Shown here piece by piece: positions 49,366-60,502 of a DNA stretch of 64,000 bases. Source of the stretch: Selaginella moellendorffii (lineage: Eukaryota > Plantae > Lycopodiophyta); NCBI RefSeq assembly GCF_000143415.4, contig NW_003314352.1:612278-676277 (forward strand), given 5' to 3'. The position numbers and the translations under genes were made by a program. Under the pieces are notes generated by a model, which saw nothing but the letters and a program-made list of their open reading frames with translations, did not search any database and was not told where the DNA came from. The first letter of the stretch is position 1, and every line of letters starts with the position of its first letter.

Positions 49366-51399
49366 TTAAGAACTAACCTCTGGAACTCTTCCCTCCTCTT
49401 TCCTCTTGCGGCGAGAGGAGATTTCACCATCCTCTTGCTCTAGATCCCGTTTTAATATGTTCTTCGCTCCACCATCATTGTTGGAACGCTCTCCTGCGGA
49501 AGGGACCATTTGATCGATACCACCGCCTTTGATTCTCGCCATCGGCATTTTGGTGTTTCCATCCATAGATTTCCTGCTGGTGCTTGCAGCGCCATAATCT
49601 TCTTCTTCCTCCTCTTGGCTACAAAGATTTAAATCAAGGCAAGCACCACCCTTACCTGAAACCGGTGCTGTAGCACTCTTTTTCCACATCTCATCAAGTG
49701 CTTGTTGTTGCCTGTAATACGCGGCCGCTACTTCTACTATTGGCCTTGGATAATTTGATCCCAGCTCGACACCAGCGGCTCTCAAAATAGTTGAGGGAGC
49801 ATCCCATGGGTGGTGAATCCAATCTATGGGAACTCTTGATAATTCGGGTAGCCATTTCCGAACGTACTCTCCCTTGGGATCCAACTTGTATCCTTCTTCC
49901 TGATTTGGATCAAATATATAAACTGAGATGTTTATAAGAGAAAAACTATACTTACCTGCGGATTTTCCCATCGATCAAGCTCATGGCCGTCCGGCAAGCC
50001 TCCGGAAATGTACTGCCAGCCAAGAACATCATTTTCCACATCTGCATCAAGCAATGTCTCCCAGAAGTACTTCATTCCCCAAGTCCATGGAACCTGGAGA
50101 AATTTAACCAGAAAGCTCGAGACCACAACTCGGATTTTGCAATGCAGCCAGCCAGTAGCCCACAGCTGCCTCATCCCTGCATCTACCAAAGGATATCCGG
50201 TTCGCCCCTGCCTCCAGCTCTTGAAATATCCCTCGTCGGCCCTCCATGGAAAGTGTTTGAGGTTTGCCAAGAGAGATCTCTTGTGAGTAAACGGGAAATT
50301 GAAGCTCAAGTACCTCGAGTATTCTCGTAACCCAAGAGCTCGAAGAAACATGTTCATGCTTTCAACGTCCACGGCTTCTTTGGATCGAAACTGCTGCATC
50401 CGAATAGAATAGAAAATCTTGCGGATGCTGATCTCGCCAAAGTGAAGATGCGGCGACAACTGTGAAGTTGTGACACTGTCAATCTGCTTGCGACGGATAG
50501 AATATTGTAAAATCGGCCCTGAGAGAAAATCTGTGAAAGCTTTGTCTCCTGCACACCAGCCAGGAGTCCAGCTTCTGGCCAGCAGCGCGTTGCTACTCTT
50601 TTCAGCTTCATTTTCCAGGCCGAGTTGATCGATAGAGCAGCTCTGACAAAGATATCCTGCAAAATCCAGGTAAAAACTACCAGTTCCAGCAAAACAAAAT
50701 ATCGAATCTTGGAATATTAATGGTTACCCGGAAGCGATAGCAATTGTCTGGGAGGCAAGAGTGGGGCTTCAGGGTCCCGCATGCTCAAACTCTTGCTCCA
50801 GAAAGCTTGAAATGTTGTGAAGACTTGCCCCTGATCGTCATAAATCTCCCACGGCTCATAAAGCAAATCTCCCCGAAAGGTTTTGACAGAGATTCCATGG
50901 TCTGCCAGGCCTTGCTTCACTCTGTGATCGCGGATCAAGGACACAGGATCTGAAACATCGTGTAGCCAATAGGTGGAATGAATGAAAGAAAAAAGCAAAG
51001 CAAAGCAAAGCAAAGAAAAGATGGTCACGTACCGTACAAGTGATTGTAAAAGACTTGCGAGGCGCCCGTGTCGTGGGCGATTTGCAGCAGTGCGTCGAGC
51101 GTCCCAGCGGTGCGCCTCACAAGCAGCGGGGCTCCCAAGCGCTCCAGCGAAGAACTTAGCTGGATCAAGCTCTGTTTGAGCCACCAGCGCGACACTCTCC
51201 CGGGCTGGAACTGGCCCTCCTCCTCCGGACACCAGACAAACACCGGCACAACGATGGATCCCTTCCTCGCCACTGCCGCTGCAAGCGCTGGATTGTCGTC
51301 CAGCCTCAGATCCCTACGAAACCACACCAAAATCGTGCATGCGGCCGGCGGCGATGCTCCGGATTCTCCTTCCTCCCCCGCGGATGCTCCGCCCTCCAT
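49366..51399 (-). CDS. CRY: Plant cryptochrome blue-light receptor, 4 (possibly 5) exons
   Basis: ILVWFRRDLRLDDNPAL, PGRVSRWWLKQSL, LSPHLHFGEIS, WRQGRTGYPLVDAGMRQLWATGW, LLDADVENDVLGWQY, C-terminal DQMVP motif. Confidence 0.95.
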
Positions 51400-51680
51400 G
51401 GATTCGTGATCTAGCAGCTGGCTAGAATATCATAGATCGAGAGGAGGAGAAGTGCGACAGATCTAACCGAATCGATGCCTTTCCAGTCGCTAGCAGGGAT
51501 TATATCAGCTGGGAATAGAGGGAATCCCAAATTCCAGAGCAAATCCCTGTGACAGTAGCAGGGTGCCCATGACCGTTCTAGTCGGATCATGTTCGACGCA
51601 TCGTCGCATCGCAGCCGTGGATCTACGCCGCACGGAATGTCCGGGGCATATTCTGTCACTAGGTGGTCCATTTTCACGCT

Positions 51681-52514
51681 ATGGAGGAGTGGAAGCATCG
51701 CCTCCTTCCCAAGGAGGAGAATGCCGACATGGAGGAGCGCGAGAATGAGATGGCTCAGCTGCGCCAATCCATCGATCGCGTCTCGATGCTGCTCAAGGCG
51801 CGCAAGGCCGGGCAGAATTGGCGCTCCAAATCATCCACCCTAGGATCGTCACGCCCCAGCGGCGATGACCACGAGTCCCACCGCGATTCTTCCTCGAATT
51901 CCTCCTCCTCCTCCTGGCGCCATAATCTGCGAGGCGCGCTCGAATCCACGCCGGCGCACGTCACGATCGTGGCGCTGCTGCTCATCGATCTCCTGGCCAC
52001 GGCCGTGGATCTGCTGCTCACGATCCACAACACCTCCGCCGACCTCCGCGAGTGCTCCGCCTCGGTCCGGGCATGCCAGTGCGATCCCACCGGATTCAGC
52101 AGCGGCCGCGAGCCGTGGGAGTTCTTGCACTGGATCAGCGTGGGCATCCTGGGCGTCTTGATGCTCAACGTGATAGGGTTGATGGTCGCGTTTGGGGCAT
52201 CGTTCTTCAAGCACGCTGGCTACGTACTGGATCTGTTCGTGGTCACCAGTGCGCTGGTGCTGGAGGTGTTCTTCCAGGCGGACACGGCAGGGCTGCTCAT
52301 CATCCTCAACCTGTGGCGGATCGTGCGCGTGGCGCACGGGATCTTCGAGGTGACCGACGAGGCGTGGGAGAATGAGATCGAGGACATGAAGGAGCGGATC
52401 GAGGGCGCGGAGGAGCGATTCAATCGGGAATGCGGCGCCAGGGATCGCCGGATCCAGCAGCTCGAGGCGCAGCTCGCCGCCGCCAAGACTCAAAATCTAG
52501 ACGACGTGTTGTGA
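51681..52514 (+). CDS. Voltage-gated proton channel (Hv1-like), intronless
   Basis: Four TM helices. S1 Asp (LLLIDLLA), S3 LDLFVV, S4 LNLWRIVRVAHGIFE, C-terminal coiled coil. Confidence 0.88.
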   Translation: MEEWKHRLLPKEENADMEERENEMAQLRQSIDRVSMLLKARKAGQNWRSKSSTLGSSRPSGDDHESHRDSSSNSSSSSWRHNLRGALESTPAHVTIVALLLIDLLATAVDLLLTIHNTSADLRECSASVRACQCDPTGFSSGREPWEFLHWISVGILGVLMLNVIGLMVAFGASFFKHAGYVLDLFVVTSALVLEVFFQADTAGLLIILNLWRIVRVAHGIFEVTDEAWENEIEDMKERIEGAEERFNRECGARDRRIQQLEAQLAAAKTQNLDDVL

Positions 52515-52680
52515 CACGTCGTGCTGGCGTGTCTGACACGCGTGCCAGCATGCTAACTTGGCACATGCCATGTGTGTGCCGACGTGGTAATTGTTTTCAT
52601 TTATTTACTTCCAAAAGACAAACAATAAGGAAGCTCTGTTTTCAGGGCTGGGTAAAAGGAGAATTTAGGGTTCTTCGCGG

Positions 52681-55217
52681 ATGGAAACGCCACAGGCGGG
52701 AGGAGCTGGCCATGGCGACGACGCGTGGAGGGGCAGCAGCTGCGATCCGGCATTGCCCTTGGAGTCGGATCCCAAGAGGCAGCAGCAGCAGCAGGGCGAA
52801 GAGGCGTGGAATTGCGCAGGGGGCGAAGGCGATGATGAGCGCCCGAGGAAGAAGCTGCTGCTCCACGATCCAGCAGCGGCGGGGGCATTGAGCAGCTGGA
52901 GCCCTAATCCGGGCCTGGCGGGCGCGGGATTAGCGAATGCGAGCGCGGGGGGCGATGGCGGGGGATGGATGCCCTCGGCGGCGGACAAGATGGAATATTC
53001 CATGGAAGCTGACAATGGAAAAAACAACATCCCCCAACTCGTGCTTGAGGAGGAAAGGAAGGAAATGAAGAAGGAGGAGATGGCGATGGCGGCCAGGAAG
53101 GAGGGAGCGCCGCCTTTTGTGCCTCCTGCGCTCGTGCCACCGTCTCTCCCTTCTAGGGGTAATTTCGAGCAGCCCATCAAGGAGGAGGCTGGATCGGAGG
53201 AGGCTGAGGAGAGGCCCAAGATCATCGCTGCTACTGAGGATGACAAGAGGAAGGCGAGGGATCCCCACCACCACCACCATCACAAGCGGGATCGCGATGG
53301 GAACGCCAAGGTCGAAGAGGAGAAGCACGAGGACGTGAAGATGGAGGCTGGAGGAGGCGACGACGCCATCGCCAATAGCACCGGCATCAAAGGCAAGGAT
53401 AGATCTGTGGAGAACAACGCCGCGACCGAGGACGAGATCATGGAGGACGCTGCTCAGCCCGTTGACAAAGATAAGATTGTCCAGCAGCGGAAAAGGATGT
53501 CACGGCAGCGAGGCGAGGGGCGATCGAGGTTTAGATCCAAGGATCGAGAAGGGTATGTGTGCTTTTCTTGCTTCTCTGATCTAAATGCCGGTCTCTTCTT
53601 TTTTCTCAGATGGCTCGGTGCTCGTGCTGAATCGTCTGCCGTGACTTACAAGATCGGTGAAGGCCTGCCCGAGCTAGCGAAGCTTTGGAAGGAGAGTGCG
53701 TCCAGTTCTTCCGAGGGTGGGAGCAATGGCGGAGCTGCTCCACTTTTGGAAGTGAGAGTGGCTGCTGATCTAGCCACAACATCCAACAGACAGGTCTCGA
53801 TTCTTCCTTCGTTGTGTGTGCCAAGTACTAAACACCATATCCAGGTTCGTGGGAGCCAACTTTGGGGAACAGACATCTACACCGAGGATTCCGACCTCGT
53901 TGCTGGTAAGTTTTTCTCTTCCGTGTTTGTGCAGAGAAGCTGAGGTAACTTTTGGTGCTCACGCAGTTCTCATGCACACCGGCTACTACAGTCCGACTGC
54001 ATCGCCTCCCCCGTCTTGCATTTCAGAAATTCGAGCAACGCTGCGCGTCCTTCCTCCACAAAACGGTGAGCTTTTTATGGTGTAATATGCAGCAACCTTT
54101 TTGTCTTTGGACAGGTTATAAATCAACTTTGAGAAACAGCGTCCGATCGCGTGCCTGGGGCGCTGCCAGCGGCTGCAGCTACAGTATCGAGCGTTGCCGT
54201 ATTGTGAAGGTAACAAAAAAGTCGTGCTTTCTTTTTGTGGATCTCAGTTTTCTGTTTGTCCTTTCACGTTTTTCTAGTCGGGAGGGGGATTTGCAGATTT
54301 GGAACCTTGCTTGAACAGGATGCCAGTTGTAGCTCCAACGCTTGCTCCTGCTGCAATGGAGCGGACCATGACTACACGATCGGCATCATCGGTAGTGTAT
54401 CATCTCTTAGTTTCTAGTTTTTAATCGCGTTGTTTGATGGCACAGAATGCTCACCGGCAGCAACGGTTTGTTCAAGAAGTTACGATCCAGTATAACTTAT
54501 GCAATGAGCCCTGGTAGGTTGTTCTCTAGAGATCTTGTTGAGCCTCGTAACAATTCGTTTTCTATGCTCCAGGCTGAAGTACAGCATGAGCATCGTCGCG
54601 GACAGGGGCTTGAAGAAGTCACTCTACACGTCTGCGCGTCTCAAAAAGGGAGATGTCCTCTACTTGGAGACGCACTCACACAGGCAAGCCAAAGAAAACG
54701 ATAGCTTCTCCAAAAGTTTCAAACTCTCTCACGAAAGCGTAATTCACAGGTACGAGCTGTCCTACGATGGCGAGAAGGCATCCTCCAACGGGACAGCCCC
54801 AGCTACAACAACAGCGACCTCGTCCCAAGCTCCATCTCAAGCTCCGGAAAAGCCCAGCAAAGATAAAGCGCCCTCGAGCGACAAGGAGAAGCCGCATTCT
54901 CACAATGGCTTTTGTGACAAGAACGGGGACTACGCCGAGCACTACAAGTGGGCTCGATGCAACGTCCCTTTGCCGCTGTCCATTGTTCGATCCAAAGGAG
55001 TGCCGCTCCCTCCAGATTGCGTCCAGGTGAGTGAGATAAAAAAAAAATCCATGCTTGAGTTCTTGGTTCTCACGCTGCGATTTTTCGTTCTTCGCAGGTT
55101 CTCGAGGAGAGTTTGACGTGGGAAGAGGTCCAATGGTCTCCCACTAGCGTTTGGGTCCGCGGCAAAGAATTCCCGCTCGCAAGGGCCCAGTTTCTTTCTC
55201 CTGGAGTTTCCCCGTGA
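52681..55217 (+). CDS. HDC1: Histone deacetylase complex subunit HDC1 (RXT3-like), multi-exon
   Basis: VRGSQLWGTDIYTEDSDLVAVLMHTGYY.PTASPPP, LRNSVRSRAWGA..GCSY, EPWLKYSMSIVADRGLKK.LYTSARLKKG, LTWEEVQWS. Confidence 0.92.
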
Positions 55218-55397
55218 TGACAATGCAAGGAGATTTTTTTTGTTCCAACTTTACCATTGCCCTAAATTCAAAGAACGGACGGCTACGATTTGAAGTGCCG
55301 CAAGCCGAGGTTTAGGGTTTAGGGTTCTAGAAGAATCGCGCCCCGCGCTCTCCCCGCATTCTCTCCATCTCCTCGCTGCGGCGGCGCTACAGCAGCA

Positions 55398-56354
55398 ATG
55401 GCGTTCATGTCGCGGCTGGGCGGTTCTTTGAAAGGTGCGCTCAAGCCAAACAGATTAGCGGCCGCTGCGCTTCCGGCGACATACACCTTGAGCCGCGGGT
55501 TTTCGTCCAAGCTCTTTATCGGCGGTATGATCCTCGATTGTCTCGGGTGTTTGATGCATTTGATCGATGATTCTCAGGTCTTGCCTGGGGCACCGAGGAG
55601 AGAGGGTTGCGAGACGCGTTCAGTCCCTTTGGAGAGATTATAGAAGGTATAAAAGTTTTTCTTGGTCTCTCGCAAATCTCTCGTTGCAGTGAGAGTCATC
55701 CAGGATCGAGAGACTGGACGCTCAAGAGGATTTGGTTTCGTGAGCTACATTACCGATCAAGAGGCACAGAAGGCTATGGAAGCCATGGACGGAAGGGTAC
55801 AGAAAGAACCATGGTTTTGCAAAGAGATAATCTCTTCTCGCCTTTATTTCTTGAAGGTCTTGGATGGTCGCACGATCCGGGTGAATTACGCGACGCAGAG
55901 ACAGCCCGGTAGCTTTGGCGGCGGCGACGGTGGTGGCTACGGTGGAGGCTACGCCAGCGGTGGCGGGGCATACGGCGGTGGCGGCTTTGGAGGTGGTGGC
56001 GAGGGAGGCCTCGAGACAACCAGTGACGCTCCTCCTGGTAAGAACGAGTTTTTTTTTGTTTATTAAGTTAGGTCCTGAGCGATTCTCTCCTTGGTTTTTC
56101 CAGAAGAGGAAGAACAGAGAGCTCCTATCACCGGCGGTGGCTATGGAGTGACCACCGGTGGATTGGGCGCGGCAGCAAGTGGAATGGAAGCTCCTCCTTC
56201 GCAGCCATCGCCAGGCTATGGAGTCACGACCGGGGGCTATGGCGGCGGCTATGGAGATTCATCCTCGAGCTCCGGTGGTGGCGGCTATGGAGTCTCAAGT
56301 AACTCGACCGAGGAAGAATCCAGAGGCTATGGTGTAGGTAGTGGTGGTTTCTAG
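55398..56354 (+). CDS. Glycine-rich RRM RNA-binding protein (mitochondrial-type), paralog 1
   Basis: Presequence MAFMSRLGG.., RNP2 KLFIGGL, RNP1 RGFGFVSY, short GGYG tail. Confidence 0.9.
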
Positions 56355-56590
56355 TTTCTAGTTGTGTGTTCTCTCTATAATTTAGAGCGGTGGTGTTTTA
56401 AGTTTGAATTTAAACAGCGTATATTCTCTGGGGTTTAAATTGAAGTGTTGAGAATCTTCTCTCTAGGGTTTATGCCGGCCAAGGTTTAGGGTTTAAGGCG
56501 GAGGAGGGATCTCCGGCGCTCGCGAGCGGTGAGCGTTTCTTGTCTCTTAGATTCTGTCCGCGATATCGGCTTGCTTGGCTCCAGGTCGCG

Positions 56591-58687
56591 ATGGCATTCT
56601 TGTCGCGGCTGGGCAGCGGTCTGATGAGAAATGCCCTCAAGCCCAAGCGAATCGCGGCTGGCACGGCCTTGCCGGCGACTTACGTTCTCAGCCGGGGATT
56701 CGCTTCCAAGCTCTTCGTCGGAGGTTTGTGTGATGCTTTCCCTGGAATTTTCTCTTCTTGTTTCTTCATTTCTTTGATGCTTTCCTATGGATCAGGCCTT
56801 TCATGGAACACCACCGACGATACTTTGGGGCAGTCATTCGCTGGCTATGGAGAGATCGTGGAAGGTACGAGAAAGAAGTAGAAAAATGTGGAATGAAAAA
56901 CTCGCTTTCTCCGTTTGCAGTGAGGGTGATTAGCGATCGCGAGACGGGACGATCCAGGGGCTTTGGATTCGTCACATTCATCAACGATGCGGACGCACAA
57001 AAGGCGCTCGAAGGCATGGACGGGAAGGTGATAGACAAACACCAAGTTTGCGTCTAGTGCCTGAAATGGTCTTTTGTTCTACCAGATGCTAGATGGCCGG
57101 ACTGTCCGCGTGAACTACGCGACGCAAAGACAGCCTAGCGCGTTTGGAGGCGGTGGCTTTGGTGACGGAGGTGGCGGCGGCGGCGCCTATGGTGGCGGAG
57201 GCTTTGCGACTGGCGGTGGTGCTTACGGCGGTGGAGGAGGCGCTTACGGAGGTGGCGGCGGTGGTTACAGTGGCGGTGGCGGTGGTGGCTACAGTGGTGG
57301 CGGTGGTGGTGACTTTAACAACAACAATTCTTTCGGCACAGGAGGTGGTGGTGGTAATCCATTTGGTGGTAGGCGTTACACTAATGTGGACCCTTTTGGT
57401 GGTGTCTTTGATGGTCCAGGAGACGCCTATGGCAACACCACCGCTGAGGAGCAAAGACCACCCCCCACTGGCGCTGGCTTCGGAGTTTCTACCGGCGGCT
57501 ATGGTGGAAGCCATGCTGATCCGGTCGGAACTGGAACAGGAAACGCCACCGGTGGTGGTTTCGGTGCTGATGCTTCTTCTGGAGGTGGCTACGGTGCATC
57601 GTCTGGCACCACCACTGGAGGCTATGGTTCAGGGTATGGTGCTACCACAGGAGGCTATGGTGCTGGAAGCTCCGGTAGTGACGGCGGTGCTGGCTTTGGA
57701 GCGAGTAATACAGCAGGGGGCTCGGGTGGCTATGGTGTGAACTCTGGCGGATATGGAGCAGCAACAGGAAACACTGGAGGATTTGGAGCTACAGGCGGAA
57801 GCTCTGGAGGATATGGTTCCACAGGAGGCTCCGGTGGCTTTGGAGTTACAGGCGGAAGCTCTGGAGGATATGGAGCTACCACAGGAGGCTCCGGAGGATT
57901 TGGAGTTACAGGTGGAAGCTCTGGAGGATATGGAGCTACCACAGGAGGCTCCGGAGGATTTGGAGTTACAGGTGGAAGCTCTGGAGGATATGGAGCTACG
58001 ACAGGGGGCTCCGGAGGCTTTGGAGCTACAAGCGGAAGCTCTGGAGGATATGGAGCTACCACAGGAGGATACGGAGCTGGAGGCTCTGGACTATATGGAG
58101 CTACAACTGGAGGCTCGGATACAACCGGGAGCACTGGAGGAGGATATGGAGTTTCAACCGGAGGCTCGAGCCCAGGAAGCTCTGATGGATCTCTTGTCAG
58201 TCCAGGAAGCAGTGGCGGATATGGTGTGAGTTCTGGATCAACCAGCGGAGGCTATGGCGTTTCGGGTCCTGGTGGAAGCGCGGGTGGCGGATATGGCGTC
58301 TCGACTCCTGGTGGAAGCTCGGGTGGCGGATATGGCGTGACTACTCCTGGTGGAAGTTCGAGTGGCGGATATGGAGTGACTACTGCTGGTGGAAGCGCCG
58401 GTGGCGGATATGGTGTTACTACTCCGAGTGGTGGCTATGGCGTTAGTTCTTCGGCTGGAAGCTCCGGAAGCTCGGGTGGTAGCACTCCGGATGGAAGCTC
58501 TGGTGGATATGGTGTTGGCGGTGGCTATGGCGTCGGGAACTCTAGTGGTGGCGGTGTCACTGCTCCCAGCACTGGCGGTTATGTGGTCACAACTGGAGAC
58601 AACTCAAGCTCAAGTGGGTCTGGCGTGGCCGCAAGTGGGGACAGCTCCGAGGCCCCGGAACTGGGATATGGCGTCGGTAGTGGGTAG
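56591..58687 (+). CDS. Glycine-rich RRM RNA-binding protein, paralog 2, with about 500-aa GGYG/GGFG tail
   Basis: MAFLSRLGSG.., KLFVGGL, RGFGFVTF, LDGRTVRVNYA, then a long Gly/Ser/Thr/Tyr low-complexity exon. Confidence 0.9.
57841..58070 (+). repeat. 60-bp coding tandem repeat (GVTGGSSGGYGATTGGSGGF) x about 4
   Basis: Lines 57841, 57901, 57961 and 58021 align almost base for base. Confidence 0.95.
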
Positions 58688-58756
58688 TATAAGTAGTAAG
58701 GGGAAACAGTAGAAATGGGGCCTACGCGATATTTATAGTGGCTTATGAGATATTTC

Positions 58757-58844
58757 CACGTGTATCCAAGTAGTGCTTGCCACGTGTAGTAAAGGTTATC
58801 TCGGCCAGCGTGGATGACAATCTGGCGTACGTCATCCCACGTCA
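58757..58844. promoter_or_regulatory. G-box/ABRE cluster upstream of the EID1-like gene
   Basis: CACGTG at 58757 and 58781, TACGTC at 58828, CCACGTCA at about 58837. Confidence 0.5.
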
Positions 58845-59593
58845 GCGCGGGCCTAGCTATGCCCGTTTATATGGCTCCTCGCTTGCGTGTGTAGCGCAAA
58901 CAGCCCTAGCTCTCGCGCGCGCCGGCGCTGGCGCCCCTTTCTTGGCGCATCGAGAGATCGCGAATGCGGCAAGGTCGGTTTTAGGGTTTGCGGCAATGCG
59001 CGCAATGGCGTGTGCGAATTTGCCTCTGGCTGCTGCTGCGGAGATGCTTCGCTCCCCGATGCTCACAGGTGAGTGATTAGATTACGTTTCTTTACACGCG
59101 CCTCCCTCTCCATCCCTCCTCTCTCTCTCTCTCTCTCGCTTGTTTGACGCGAATTTCACGAAAGAGTTATTCATTGGGCAGTACTATACTTTCTTGTCCA
59201 CTTTTGAAAAACAAACACTTCTCTTTCCCCCTGGTTGGTTTTCAAGTTTTATCTATTTTTTCTTTTCGCAAACACTGACTGCTCATCCGACTTGGACAGG
59301 TGAATTGGAGCATCCAGAGACTCGATCTCCGTGAGAGAGAGCTCCTCCTCCCCCTACGCTGATCGATCATGGTTCGGCTCTCCACATTCTCGTTCCGGTC
59401 ACAGTGGTCGACTACAGGAACCAAGGACAAGCTGGCAGCCTCGCTCATGGTATGTTTCCATCCAAAACAAAGGAGAGTGGTCTAGTCGGAAAAGCCTTAA
59501 CGATTACTCTTAGGCGAGGTCACAGCGAGTCGAGGGGCTCGGCACAGGGACAGGAAAGAAGAAAGCAAGCTCAAGGTTGCTCGAGGCTGAGCA

Positions 59594-60502
59594 ATGCTGT
59601 CGAGACAGCCCAGGCAGCGGCGGCGGTACCCGCACCAGCACCATGGCCAAGGTGCTGGGCTGCTCAACGAGGACATCCTGGAGCTGGTATTGCGGCACGC
59701 CAACTGGAACCCGTACATGCTGTGCGCCATCGCGTGCGTGTGCAAGCCGCTCAACGAGCTCATCAAGCTGGAGATGTGGAAGAAGTTTTGCCTGTCGCGC
59801 GCGCCCCGCATGGCGGCCGACCTCTCCTTCGGCGTCAAGAACGACGCCATCGAGATCAACTGGGACAAGCTGGGCAAGCTCATGATCTACTGCGCCGGCT
59901 GCCACTCGACGCGCCACTTCAAGTCGCTCTCGCCGCCGGGTGGCGGCCACCTCGTCTTGAAGTCGCGCTTCTCGCGGACGTCGGGGCGGAGCTTCCTCCA
60001 TCCAAAGTGCCGCTCGGACGTGCTGTACGTGACGGACCTGTGCGAGCACCTGGATGACGAGGAGGACGTGGGCCTCTTCCGCGGGGTGTTCAAGTCGTTC
60101 GGGGCGTCCAAGACGCGGCAGATGCTGCTGGACCGCGGGAAGCTGGAGGAGGGGGCGTGCTGCCCGTTTTGCCGGTCGCGGGTGTGGAGCATGATGGAGG
60201 CGAGGATGATCCCGCCCAGTGCGCAGCGGCGGCTAGCGTCGTATGACTACGAGAACAGCATCGAGTACCTGGTGTGCATCAACGGCCACCTCACCGGGAT
60301 GTGCTTGCTCCTGCCGCTACCGGACTCGGACGAGGAGCGCGCGGGTGGCGGCGGTGGCCGAGGTGGAGGTGGTGGCGACGATGGTGGCGGCGACGAGGAT
60401 GTTGACGACGACAACGAGCCCGCCGCCATGGCCAGGGACAACGGCAAAGCAGTAGCGATCAACAGCAGCAGCGACGATTGCGAGACGGACGTGCGATTGT
60501 GA
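59594..60502 (+). CDS. EID1-like (EDL) F-box protein, single coding exon
   Basis: LNEDILELVL..ANWNP..LC.IACVC, WKKFCLSRAPRM, W..LGKLMIYCAGC, RFSRTSGRSFL.PKCRSDVLYVTD.CEH, GLFRGVFKSF..S, CPFC...VWSM, YLVCINGHL. Confidence 0.93.
   Translation: MLSRQPRQRRRYPHQHHGQGAGLLNEDILELVLRHANWNPYMLCAIACVCKPLNELIKLEMWKKFCLSRAPRMAADLSFGVKNDAIEINWDKLGKLMIYCAGCHSTRHFKSLSPPGGGHLVLKSRFSRTSGRSFLHPKCRSDVLYVTDLCEHLDDEEDVGLFRGVFKSFGASKTRQMLLDRGKLEEGACCPFCRSRVWSMMEARMIPPSAQRRLASYDYENSIEYLVCINGHLTGMCLLLPLPDSDEERAGGGGGRGGGGGDDGGGDEDVDDDNEPAAMARDNGKAVAINSSSDDCETDVRL

Noticed and set aside
52514-52590. Small hairpins after the Hv1 stop
   Set aside because: Stems of 12 bp or less with bulges, better explained as ACGT/CATG-rich promoter sequence.
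57089-58712. Repetitive alternate-frame ORFs (extensin-like PYPP on the minus strand, ELQAEALED on the plus strand)
   Set aside because: Frame shadows of the Gly-rich repeat exon.
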